DNA of 63,867 nucleotides, the filler included, from Chiloscyllium plagiosum (lineage: Eukaryota), in NCBI RefSeq assembly GCF_004010195.1. It is 4 parts of one record of this genome, joined end to end, with 100 filler letters (N's around TTAATTAATTAA, not from the genome) between each part and the next. Parts side by side here need not be neighbours in the genome. Positions count along the whole stretch, not along the records: positions 50,921 to 59,559 come from NC_057715.1; positions 59,660 to 63,867 come from NC_057715.1; 2 more parts are not named here. One strand, written 5' to 3'. The notes below the pieces were generated by a model, which ran no database searches, was not told the DNA's origin, and worked only from the letters and a program-made list of their open reading frames with translations. A program made the translations under genes and the position numbers. Shown here piece after piece: positions 52,731-63,867 of the stretch (positions are counted from its first letter, which is position 1; each line of letters opens with the position of its first letter).

Positions 52731-55057
52731 GATTTGAATTTATAATGCAAAAGTTGTCAATAAGTGAATGCAGAGAGATTTTAATTGCATTTGTAGACAG
52801 ATATTGATATAATATTATGGGCAAAATCATCCACTCTACTTAGTGGAATAGGCAATGGCAAAAAAGTTGGGAAAATAGGGCAAAAATGGAAAAATCAGAT
52901 TCTCAACGTCAAGGAAAAAAATCCAATTTTCCACTTAAGGTTTAAATAGTGATTTTAGAATTTTACTAGTGAGCAGAGACTAACTTATTTCCATGCATTT
53001 GCATCCCTTGTTAGCTAAACCTGCTTTATTTCTCTGTGGCTCCCAGTTCTCCACTGACTTTCGGAGAAACTAGATAGTACAAATTCCCAATATGAAAGTC
53101 AAAGCAGTTGCATGCTGGGTTCTGCTTATTGCTTGCTTCTCCTGGACTTCACCATAGAGTCCCTGCTCAATGGCATGTTCTTCTTCCATGCTTCATCCTC
53201 TGAAGTGGACATTGCCAAACCACTAGCCTTACATCATGCCTGCTCTCAGACTAGCTCAAATCCAGTTCTGCCCTTCACGGCTTCACTTTGGAGCTCAGGA
53301 ACATTTATGACTTGTATGCTTCTACCAGCTCATAATACATGCAGGAACGTACAAAACATCCCATGCATCTACACAGGTTGCACTTTGTGGCTTATAATTT
53401 ACTTTCAATAGCACTGCCACAAATTGTGCATACCTGGAGGTTGCCAGCCTCTGTGGCTTGCATTGCTTGTTAGTCTGTAGAAAGAGGTGGCAGTTTATCA
53501 TAGTTCACAGCACTGAACAGTCAAAGGAGTGTACATGATGCTGTATGGTACCTTGATGCTTTAATGTCACATCTATAGCATGTGCCAACAAGTTACCCTT
53601 CAAACACACTGCAAGTGCATTAAGCTAAAGGCCTGTGTGAAAACCAAAGGGTACCAGTCCTTAGTGGAGACAAGGGATTTTACAGTCATTTAGGGGTAGC
53701 ACCACAGTCTGTCAAGGTACCCATCTGGTACCAGTGTAATGAGTTGGATATGATTAGTCCTGCAGGTCAGGTGCAACCAATCCAAGGATTACAGGTATAG
53801 CAATTTGGGTGCTGTGAAAATATTGGTCCACAGTTGGCATTTTTTCCAGCAAACAGACAAAGGGAGAGATTAATTATGATAGAAATGAATAGGAGAGTAG
53901 GTAATAATGAGGCAGGAGTAAGAGAGATGGTGAAAGGGCTCCAATGAGTGGGTAAGTAGTGTAGAGGGAAAGAAGATTTGGTTGGGAGCAAGAGGTGGTT
54001 GAAAGCCATGCAATAAAAAGAGTTGTAAGACATGTGCCTTGGAAGATGAATGTGCAGCGACAAAGTTGAAGTGAGTGGAAGTCCTCTGAATGTGAGGTAG
54101 CAGAGAGAAATTGCTGACACTTATTCTTGCAGAACATGGATTGTCAATAACCCTCTCATTGCATTGCAGGGTTGTGAAGTTTCATGAGAGACACTGCATT
54201 GACCCAGAACATTGGAACATAGGAATTAAGAGCAGAAGTAAACAATTCAGCCTTCGAGCACAGTCCAACATTTGACATGAATGTGGCTGAACTTATCCTG
54301 GTCTCAAGTCCACTTTCCTACCTACTCCCCATAGGTCTTTATCTGGGTCATTATCTTGGTCCAGGCTGATTGAAACTGGTGGCATGACATACTTTGCCAA
54401 TCCACAGGAGGGTCTATTGCTCTCTTTTCCACCATACCCATCCCTAAGCACCTCTAGGTTCTTGTGCATGAACCAAGAGACAATTTGGCCTTTCTCAGCC
54501 ATTTCCTTGGGGATAATAGAACACGAGCACAGTGTGGACAACAGTTCTGGCTTGCAGTGTCTGAAATGGTGTGCAACTGGAATTTAATGTAGCAGCATAA
54601 ACAGCACAATGGTTTTGGTAGTGGTGAGCAGTTCCATGATTCCACAGGATGGGCACCAAAGGGGCCAGCTGCATCATTAATGAGACAAGGAGCAGAAGAT
54701 TGTGAGAGAAGACCATGGCTGCCATGAATCTCACTCCATCAACCACTTTGTCAAAGAATGGAAAAAATCAGTCCTACATTTAATAAAAAGTGTTGTATTT
54801 AGTATGAAAAGTGTAATTAAACAAAAAAGAAATTTTAAAAATGAATTGAATGCTGCAATGAGAGAACTTTATGGTTTTTCTGGACTGATGAATTAGGATG
54901 GATCAAATGACTTCTACTTTTTAATCCACTTGTGACCTTGTAAATCAAGTGCCATGGGAATTGTTTAGAATCCTTCAGTCAATATATCTGTGACAGTCCA
55001 AAATCCTAAAAGTTCCCCACTGAATACATTTGTTTATTCATTCATAGAATGTGACAA

Positions 55058-55785
55058 TGTTATGACACGGGGTAAACCCTCCTGCTTATTTAAAACCAGC
55101 AACACAGAAAAGATTTATCCCGTGCAGCAATCTGTGAAAATTTGATAGACCAAGAAGTATTTAAAGGAAAAATTAACTTTATTTCCTAAAGTATAACAGA
55201 GAATAATTAAATAACAACTACTCACAACTCCTTCCTCTAATCAATGTTCTACCTTCCCCTTCCACAATACTAACCCGATAAAACTCACAATTAAGATTTA
55301 CAAAACAAAAACTTCTTATCTCAAAACCAGGCAGGTTTCAGTTTTCTCTGAATTTGTATCTTCTTTTGATCTTCTTGGGGATTCTGCTTCACAGATTACT
55401 GATCGATAAACGTACCTTTAAGAGAGCTATTTTTCAGGCAGTCTTTACAGGCTGGTGGCTTGGCAGTTCTCCTCTCAACTGTTCAAATTTTCCCGGTCTT
55501 ACACCCTCCCCAGTCTTATACCCCAAAGCATCAGATTGTGTCATTGGCTTTTAAAATTGTCAATATACTAAATTCAAACTGGATTAGAGTTTGGTATATT
55601 TTTGGGGGTAAAATTTAAACTGTTGGCCTAATTCGAGTCTGTTTTGTCATTTCCTGGCAACCTAGCTCATCTAGCTTTCGACCCAGTCTTACATTGTTAC
55701 CTTATTGAGAACACTTGGTGCTGTCACATATTTCTTCAAGCTTCTAACTCTCTTAAAGGTACAGTAAACCCACATCTTCATTACA
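55058..55785 (-). repeat. 3' LTR of the Gypsy/Gmr1 element
   Basis: TG...CA ends with inverted termini TGTTATGA / TCATTACA; purine-rich PPT-like AAGGGAGTGA on the - strand abutting 55785. Confidence 0.75.
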
Positions 55786-56370
55786 TCACTCCCTTAAGAA
55801 AAAATAAACCATCATAATGAAAAGATGGCTTCATTTTTACCTCTATTCTTGAAATACATTACCCTAAGATACAGATAACGTTAATATAAGTTCACTTTAA
55901 CTTCTTCCCATATATCTATATATATAAAACATGAAATAATACAAATTATCAGTTAAATCTGTGATAATACATCTGCAATTACCCTCAACAGGTATGACTT
56001 TTAAATTAAAAGTCTATAACATAAGACTCCATAGAAATAGTCTCATATTTTTGTCTGTAAAGCGTTCTAAGAATGTAAGCGGATTATGACTCATTGTTCA
56101 TGACATACACATTAAAAGGTTGTAAGGCCAGTACCAAACTCAATAGTTCCTTTTTGATTGTGGAGTATGTCATCTGGTGGAATTTGATCTTCTTTGAAAA
56201 GTAACCAACTGGCAGTCCAATCCCATCCTCATCTTCCTGTTGGAGTACAGCTCCAACTCCAATGTCACTAGGATTGATGGTGACTTTAAAAAGGTTTTGA
56301 AAAGTGTAGGTAAAAATGTTTTGGTGGTTAATATGGCTTTCAAATGGTCAAATGCCTTCTGGCATTGTTC

Positions 56371-56495
56371 CTGAAGAAGGGCTTATGCCCGAAACTTCGA
56401 TTCTCCTGCTCCTTGGATGCTGCCTGACCTGCTGCGCTTTTCCAGCAACACATTTTTCAGCTCTGATCTCCAGCATCTGCAGTCCTCACTTTCTC
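56371..56495 (+). mobile_element. Short hammerhead retroelement (family H1) inserted in Gypsy pol
   Basis: 12-bp TSD CTGGCATTGTTC (56359-56370 / 56496-56507); CTGAAGA-a-GGGC ttat GCCC-GAAAC-TTC. Confidence 0.85.
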
Positions 56496-57689
56496 CTGGC
56501 ATTGTTCTGTCCACTGAAACTTTGTGTTCTTCTTCAGCGAATTGGTTAACGGTGCCACTACACTGCTGAAGTTTAAACAAACTTTCAATAGAATCCACTG
56601 AGTCCTAAGATTTGAAGCACCTCTTTCCTCGAGGTTGGTTGTGGAAATTCCTCGATGGCCTTCATCTTTGCTTTCTGTGGGGTCAACCTTTCATGGCTAA
56701 TGTTATGTCCCAAGAACGTCACCTCTGCTTTCGCGAATTCAATTTTATTTAACTTAATCACCAGTTTTGCTTCTCGTAGTCATTCAAAGAACTCTGCCAA
56801 CTGTACCATGTGATCTTTCCAGGATTTACTACATCGTCCAAATACACTGCACAAGTTGTTAACCCAGCCACAACAATGTTAATGAGTTTTTGGAATTTGG
56901 CAGATGCATTCTTCATTCCAAAGGGCATCACTTTAAACTGATATAGCCCGTTTTGGGGTTACAAATGCAGAAATTTCTTTCTCTGACTCTGATAAAGGTA
57001 TCCGCCAGTAACCACGTATTAAGTCCAACTTGGTGATGTAACTGGGTTGTCCGACTTTCTCGGTGCAGTCCCCAAATCTCGAAATTGGATATGAGTCCAA
57101 TTTTGTAAAGGCATTGATCTTCCACTAATCCACACAGAATCTCTGAGTTCTATCTGGTTTGGGAACTAAGATGATTGACAAACTCCACTCGCTCTGGCTT
57201 GATTCGATGATGTCCTCGTCGAGCATGGCCTCCACCTCCATCTGGACCTGTCTGACTTTGAAAGGATTAGGCCGATACGGGTGTTGTTTTATTGGAGCAG
57301 CATTCCCAATGTCTACTTCATATACAATAGCATTGGTCCTCGCCATCTGATTCTTACATTTGTCCTTATACTGCAGTAACAAATCTTTCAACTTCGTTCT
57401 AGGCTCCTGAGACAGATAGCTTTCTAACCTATAGCACTCTTCAAGGACTTCTTCATTATTAAATCTGTTTTGAGGCACATCAAAATCCACATCATCTGGA
57501 TTTGATTCCTCATTCTGTGGGGCAGTAACTAACACCTGTTTCTCCAATTCTTTCTCTCTTGTATAATACGGTTTCAACATGATCAAATGACATACTCGAT
57601 ACTCTTTTTTTCCATCTGGCATCTTTACTAGATAGTTTACATCACTCAACTTTTTCGCAATTTGATAGGACCACTAAACCTGGCTTTGA

Positions 57690-58232
57690 AGGCGACTGAC
57701 TGTGTGGAGTTTGCACTTTCTCCCTGTGTCTGCGTGGGTTTCCTCCGGGTGCTCCGGTTTCCTCCCACAGTCCAAAGATGTGCAGGTCATGCTAAATTGC
57801 CCGTAGTGTTAGGTAAGGAGTAAAGGTAAGGGTATGGGTGGGTTGCGGGTGGGTGTGGACTTGTTGGGCCGAAGGGCCTGTTTCCACACTGTAATGTAAT
57901 CTAATCTTATGGGCGGCACGGTGGCACAGTGGTTAACACTGCTGCCTCACAGCGCCAGAGACCCGGGTTCAATTCCCGCCTCTGGCGACTCTCTGTGTGG
58001 AGTTTGCACATTCTCCCCGTGTCTGCGTGGGTTTCCTCCGGGTGCTCCGGTTTCCTCCCACAATCCAAAAATGTGCAGGTTAGGTGAATTGGCCATGCTA
58101 AATTGCCCGTAGTGTTAGGTGAAGAGGTAAATGTAGGGGAATGGGTCTGGGTGGGTTGCGCTTCGGCGGGTCAGTGTGGACTTGTTGGGCCGAAGGGCCT
58201 GTTTCCACACTGTAAGTAATCTAAGTAATCTA
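57690..58232 (+). mobile_element. Tandem HE1 SINE pair (5'-truncated 57690-57906 + full-length 57910-58232) within the Gypsy integrase
   Basis: Two copies with taatcta tails interrupt IGEP|LKARFSGP. Confidence 0.9.
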
Positions 58233-58858
58233 AGGTTCTCCTATCACTGGTAATAGTATTAACATGTCATCCCCTTGGGAAAACGTCCAAGTCTCAGAGC
58301 TTTTATCTGTCACCTGCTTCATTCTATACTGTGCCCTCTTTAGGTGCTGCTTAGCTAACTCACCTACTCTATTTAATCTCTTCCTCACCTCTGATGCATA
58401 ATCTAAGTGTGAGATCTCTGACTTTGGTCCTGTCAATTTTTCTTTAATAAATTTCAAAGGGCCTCTCACTTCATGAATGAATATTAACTGAAAGAGAGTG
58501 AACTGAGTAGATTTGTTTGGGGCATCTCTAATGTCAAACAATACGAATGGGATACCATTATCCCAGTCATTCGGGTAATCCTGACAGTACGCTCTCAAAA
58601 TGGTTTTCAAAATCTGATGCCACCTTTCTAAAGCTCCCTGGGAGTCAGGATGATACGCACTGGATTTAAAGTGCTGTATACCCAAGCTATCCATAACCTC
58701 CTTAAACAGCCTAGCAGTAAAATCTGACCCTTGGTCTGACTGAATCTCTCTGGGTAGCCCATACCGTGTGAAGAAAGCTACTAACCCCTCTACCACACTT
58801 TTTGCCTTGATACTCTGTATTGGAATTGCCTCTGACAATCTGGTAGACACATCCATTC

Positions 58859-59559
58859 ATCCCACACGGACCCCGGACCACCTTTAAACCAGCAGAGTTC
58901 GGACCCGAACAGGACAAACAGTACAGACTACAGATTCAAAAACACCAGCAACAGTTCTCCTTCAAGATCCTTCGCTCCACGCTTGCAGCAATGCGCCGGC
59001 ACCTAACCTCTCTACAGTCAGCCCTGCCTCAGCTGAGGGCCACACTCTCTCAGAATTGCAAAGGACCCACTCTGTACTACATCCTCAGGAGAATTCATAC
59101 TCTCAACAAACAGTATTTCAATTCCATCTCAAACATCAAAAACTGTAAGTACAACAAACTTTTATCTACCCACCTCCATAACCAGCGCTCCTCAAACATT
59201 CCAGAAGATTCCCCTGGCCTCGGAATCTACTCAAACGTCATTAGCCATGCGGCTAATGCAGCTGCTACCCCCACGCTGATTGATGATGTCACTTCCGCCC
59301 CCATCATGGCCACTCCCACAACCACTTCCAACCCTCACAATTCCTAATGCATCACACGTGACATCACGTCCGCCCCTCACATCATCGCTGATGCCACATG
59401 CTCAGTGACTTCAGCCACCCCTACTGCTGTGGTCACCACCACCTCCGTCCTCACCAGCACCACTCACCTGCATTCTGCTGACATGCCCCCCACAGACCCC
59501 ACTGTCACTATCCCCACCCCCCAGAACCCCGAGGGGAACACTACCCCTGCTCATGACTC
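58859..59559 (+). mobile_element. Probable Penelope-like N-terminal ORF region, truncated by the gap
   Basis: ORF 58991..59347 (helical, ...KYNKLL) followed by a Thr/Pro-rich linker; abuts and truncates the Gypsy integrase. Family call from general resemblance only. Confidence 0.5.
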
Positions 59560-59659
59560 NNNNNNNNNNNNNNNNNNNNNNNNNNNNNNNNNNNNNNNNN
59601 NNNTTAATTAATTAANNNNNNNNNNNNNNNNNNNNNNNNNNNNNNNNNNNNNNNNNNNN
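59560..59659. other. Assembly gap / artificial contig linker
   Basis: N44-TTAATTAATTAA-N44. Confidence 0.98.
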
Positions 59660-59977
59660 CTGATGGGTGAGTGCTGAACCAGAGGACACAGCTTAAAAAT
59701 ACGGGGTAGAGCATTTAGGACAGAGATGAGGAGAAACTTCTTCACCCAGAGAGTGTTGGCTGTGTGGAATGCTCTGCCCCAGAGGGCAGTGAAAGCCCAT
59801 TCTCTGGATTCATTTAAGAAAGAGTTGGATAGAGCTCTCAAAGATAGTGGAATCAAGGGTTATGGAGATAAGGCAGGAACAGGATACTGATTAGGAATGA
59901 TCAGCCATGATTATATTGAATGGCGGTGCAGGCTCGAAGGGCTGAATTGCCTACTCCTGCACCTATTGTCTATTGTC
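59660..59977 (+). mobile_element. CR1 LINE 3' end
   Basis: RRNFFTQRVLAVWNALPQ; tail gctcgaagggctgaattgcctactcctgcacctattgtctattgt. Confidence 0.88.
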
Positions 59978-60739
59978 AACTTTCATTTATCCAAAATGAG
60001 GTCAACCAGTTTGCATCATTTCTGAGATTTACTGGTTAATGCACATTAACTGATTCTAGAATTCTAAATGAAAAATACGGCCCTTAAAAGGCAAATTTCA
60101 CATGAGCCTGGTGTAGAAATTTTCTGAATTTATTGCAAGACGTCACACCAAACCAAATCACTCGCACTAAATCAGGGTTCTCAAACTCTGACACATGTAC
60201 TCCTGGAGATATATGAGACATCTCTGGTTGGGTACAAAATAACTAATGGGATATTATTTACTAAGCATTTTATTCATATCATTTTCTTGAAAGGTTACTT
60301 AGATCAAGATTTCTGTAGAAGTTTTGTTTGCATAAAGTAATGAATTTACATTGAGGTGCAACATAGGATACAGGTACACCACGACAATAACAAAATCCTC
60401 AAATTTAAAAATAAGATAATAGGAACGGGAGTAGGCCATTTGGCTATTCAAGCCTGCTCCACCATTCAATATGATCATGGTGAAGCATCCAACTCTGTAT
60501 CCTCCTCCCACTTTCTCCCCATACTCTTTGATCAGTTTAGTGTTAAGAGCTATATTAAATTCTTTCTTGAAAACATTCAATGTTTTGGCCTCAGCTGCTT
60601 TCTGTGACAAAGAATTCCTCAGGCTCACCACTCAGGCTCACCACCATTTCTCCTCTTCTCACATCCAATTGTCTGACTAGCATTCATTGCCTAACAAATG
60701 CTCTGACTGAGGGAGCTCAACTTCAAGTCAAACTATGAT

Positions 60740-60932
60740 TTGAAGGTGCTGGTGTTGGACTGGGGTGTAGAAAGTTAAAAATCACACAAGACCAGGTTGT
60801 AGTCCAACAAGTTTATTTGGAAGCACTAGCTTTCGGAGCACAAGCACCTGATGAAGGAGCAGCGCTCCGAAAGCTAGTGCTTCCAAATAAACCTGTTGGA
60901 CTATAACCTGATGTGTGTGAATTTTAACTTAC
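60740..60932. mobile_element. Palindromic Penelope pLTR cassette (family H2) with TSD
   Basis: 12-bp direct repeat TCAAACTATGAT (60728-60739 / 60933-60944); inverted arms spanning 60771-60930. Confidence 0.85.
60842..60882 (+). ncRNA. Minimal type-I hammerhead ribozyme motif
   Basis: AAGCAC-CUGAUGA-A-GGAGC agc GCUCC-GAAA-gc-UA-GUGCUU: complete core, 6-bp stem I, 5-bp stem II, palindromic AGCU stem III. Confidence 0.8.
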
Positions 60933-63204
60933 TCAAACTATGATAGATAACTCCAAACATTATGTGCCAATACTCGGAAAATAACATTATCCCTTACTTT
61001 CATGGGCGGTAGCTCAACAAGTATTATTAGCTGTTGCTGAAAAGAAAGACACGTTGCTAAAGCTTTCATCACTAATCAGGACAAAGACTCATGACAATAT
61101 ATATTGCAGGAGAAAATGAGTAAGGCAATTGTGATTGGCTGAGGCATTGCCATGGAGAACATATCAAGAAATTAAATGATCCCCAAGCTCAAGGGTAAGT
61201 GAAAAAGGAACAGGGCTTGAACATAATAAAAGCAAAGTATTGCTGATGCTAGAGATCCTAATTAAAAACAAATGGTGCTGGAGAAACTCGGTAGGTCTGG
61301 CAGCAACTGTGAAAAGTGAAACAAAGTTAATGTTTCGAGTCAGACATGACTCTACTTAGTAACTGCTGACCTGCTAAGTTTCTCTATCACTTTCTACTTT
61401 CATTTCAAAGTTTGAACATATTCCTTTTGATTGCAGAGAATGTAAGGTTTCAGTATATAAATGTATCTCAATTATAGCATGCATATATGAACAGGTTTAT
61501 GAGCTGCAATGATTATCTTACGTTGGTTTTGAGTGGAACTATCAGATTGTTCAACAATTATTCAGGATTACATCTAATAGTAGGCATTTTGTTTTGGGTT
61601 TTCCAAGCAAGGGCGGATTGAATACCAACGGTACTCTGTCAATTGTAACCAACCAAGGGAACATTCTGGGGAACTGAGATATTTTGATTGTCGGAACAGA
61701 AAAGCAGGACATTTCTTAAAGGTAAAAAACTTGCAAGTACTAATAATCCGAGTGTCTATGCTGTGTTCATATAAGGAATTCAGAAAGTTTTCAAGCAAGC
61801 ACAGCAAGCAATGAGAAAGGCTAGTGGTACACTGACCTTTTTTTTGCAACAAGGGCAGAGTGCAGGGTAATGAAAGTGTGCTGTAATATACCAATCTTTT
61901 TAAGACAACACCTGGAAAATGGCACAGTCTCCATATTTCTGAATTGGAGGAAGCACAACAAACGTTCACTTGAGGAAGGGTCACTGGAACCGAAATGTTA
62001 ACTCTGATTTCCCTCCACAGATGCTGCCAGACCTACTGAACTTTTCCAGCAATTTCTATTTTGTTCACTTGATCAGTCTTTGGAATGACAGCATTGTCTT
62101 GAAAGCTCTAGGAAACCATTGTATTCTGCCGAAACTCATCAACCACCTCCATTAATTTTTGTGTTGAAAAGAAAGTTTTGTGCCTTACTGTTGACCAGAG
62201 ACAAGCAACAGGAAGGGCATTGTTACATGTTCAGTGTTGTCCATTCTCTGTTTATTGCAACATGCTCTGAGATGGATACCCTCAGGCTGTACCTCTGAGG
62301 TCAATGACTGAAGCAAGCTAGGAGGCACACTAGTACAACGTTGTATTCCTAACCCAAACAAGCTTGAAGAAAGAAGACTAAAGATATGACCAGATGGTGC
62401 CAACAGGGAAAGAAAGAAAATCAGTCAACCACAAGCCAACTTTCTTCATTCATGCAACCTGTGGAAGGGACTGCGACTCACACATCAGCCACATCAACCA
62501 CAGTGGACCACGTAGATGATGTGTGAGTGGCAGTCCCAGACCTGATGTACGTCCCATGTGCAGTCCATTGTCCCCAAGGTTACCACATCCAATTCAAACA
62601 TTATCCCTACAGCATTAATCTGCATCACTACTTTCAGTGATTTTTTTGCATCTGTACCCTGAGATCTCTTTTTACCCTTGGTCTATTCATATCTCATACC
62701 TTATTGTCCATACCTTATCTGGCTTCCTTATCTTCCTATTCAAATGTAACACCTTACAAAAATGAATGGAATTAATTTACAAATTACCCATCCATACATC
62801 AGGTTTGTCATTGTCTTTTTGCCTTTTGTCATAATCTTGCTGTTTATGAATTGTACCTCTCAACTTGATGTGGTCTGCAAATATTGAACTTTTACTCCAA
62901 GCCATGGGTTGAAATCATTCATGCAATTTGCTCCTATGGAACACCAGTTCACATCTTTTGCCAGTCTAATCAGCTTTGCCGAGCCCTTATTCACTGGCTT
63001 CTGTGTCTGGAATCAGTTTGTTGTATATTTTGATGTCTGTCCTCTGACTCCCCATATCATGATCTACCTTAGTCATGATTCTACTGTCTGGTACTTTACT
63101 GAAGCCTTTTTGAAAATCCAAATACATAACTATCATTTGAATAAAATCCAGCAACATATTTTTCAGCTCTGATTTCCAGCATCTGCAGTCCTCACTTTCT
63201 CCTG

Positions 63205-63670
63205 TCCAATATCTGAGCCAAGGCAAACCAGGGCAGTACTTATACACTGAATGGTAAGGCCCTGGGAAGTGTTGCCAGGAAATAGACCTTGGGTGCATAT
63301 TATTATTTCCTTGAAGGTGGATTTGCAGATAGGATAATGAAGAAGGTGTTTAGCATGCTTGCCTTTATTGGTCAGTGCACTGACTATAGGAGTTTGGAGG
63401 TCATGTTGTGGCTATACAGGGCCTTGGTTAGGCCACCTTTAGAATACTGCATTCAATTCTGGTCTCCCTGCTATAGGAAAGGTATTGTGAAATGTGAAAG
63501 TGTTCAGTAAAGATTTACAAGGATGTTGCTGGCACTGGAGGGTTTGACACTAAATCGGCTGGGGATTATTTCCCTGGAGCATTGGATGCTGACGGGTGAC
63601 CTTATAGAGATTTCAAAAATCAATAAGGGGTATGGATAGGGTGAATAGTCAGGTCTTTTTCCCAGAGTAC
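63205..63670 (+). mobile_element. HER1/CR1 LINE fragment
   Basis: LYRALVRPPLEYCIQFWSPCYRK (ORF 63289..63510). Confidence 0.85.
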
Positions 63671-63866
63671 AATGGGTGAGTGGGGGAGGAGATGAAGGTG
63701 ATAGGTCAGGGAGGAGAGTCCCTGGAGCATTGGATGCTGACGGGTGACCTTATAGAGATTTCAAAAATCAATAAGGGGTATGGATAGGGTGAATAGTCAG
63801 GTCTTTTTCCCAGAGTACAATGGGTGAGTGGGGGAGGAGATGAAGGTGATAGGTCAGGGAGGAGAG
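63571..63866 (+). repeat. Exact 148-bp tandem duplication at the window end
   Basis: 63571-63718 repeated at 63719-63866. Confidence 0.92.
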
Positions 63867-63867
63867 G

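Larger units (their letters stand above)
55058..58858 (-). mobile_element. Gmr1-type Ty3/Gypsy LTR retrotransposon (INT-RT-RNaseH-LTR), 5' truncated and decayed
   Basis: Integrase IQSDQG..AYHPDSQGALER (58230-58856), PIKQHPYR, VPKPD..QRFCVD, AVYLDDV (56833-56844), RNase H SDIGVGAVLQQ...PVGYFSKK...KELL. Confidence 0.9.

Noticed and set aside
53100..53850. Possible Harbinger transposase remnant on the - strand (AID-like codons near 53560-53580)
   Set aside because: Too decayed to support without a profile search.
57910..57985. tRNA-like sequence (also 8046, 16200, 45684)
   Set aside because: Head of HE1 SINEs, followed by SINE core and tail; no complete cloverleaf.

Overview
Vertebrate genomic DNA from a cartilaginous fish (shark; HE1-type SINEs and HER1/CR1 LINEs). 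It is four contigs joined by three artificial 100-bp spacers (N44-TTAATTAATTAA-N44). Contig 1 (1-28218) carries eight in-frame + strand exons (about 250 codons) of an EF-hand/WD-repeat gene of the WDR95/WDR49/WDR64 group, most like WDR95. Contig 2 (28319-50820) carries six C-terminal exons of FRY (furry homolog) plus an 18-nt microexon (QMESLA) with neural-microexon-type regulatory motifs. The rest is intronic and repeat-dense: many CR1 fragments (including an almost open ORF1 and a decayed ORF2), HE1 SINEs, a Gmr1-type Gypsy element (integrase upstream of RT) with its 3' LTR, a hAT MITE, and several Penelope-like elements. The most striking non-genic signal is at least three families of minimal type-I hammerhead ribozyme motifs, carried by Penelope-derived short insertions and palindromic cassettes, several with clear target-site duplications. 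A crossed pair of inverted repeats also surrounds one WDR95-like exon. All calls are by eye; repeat boundaries are approximate.
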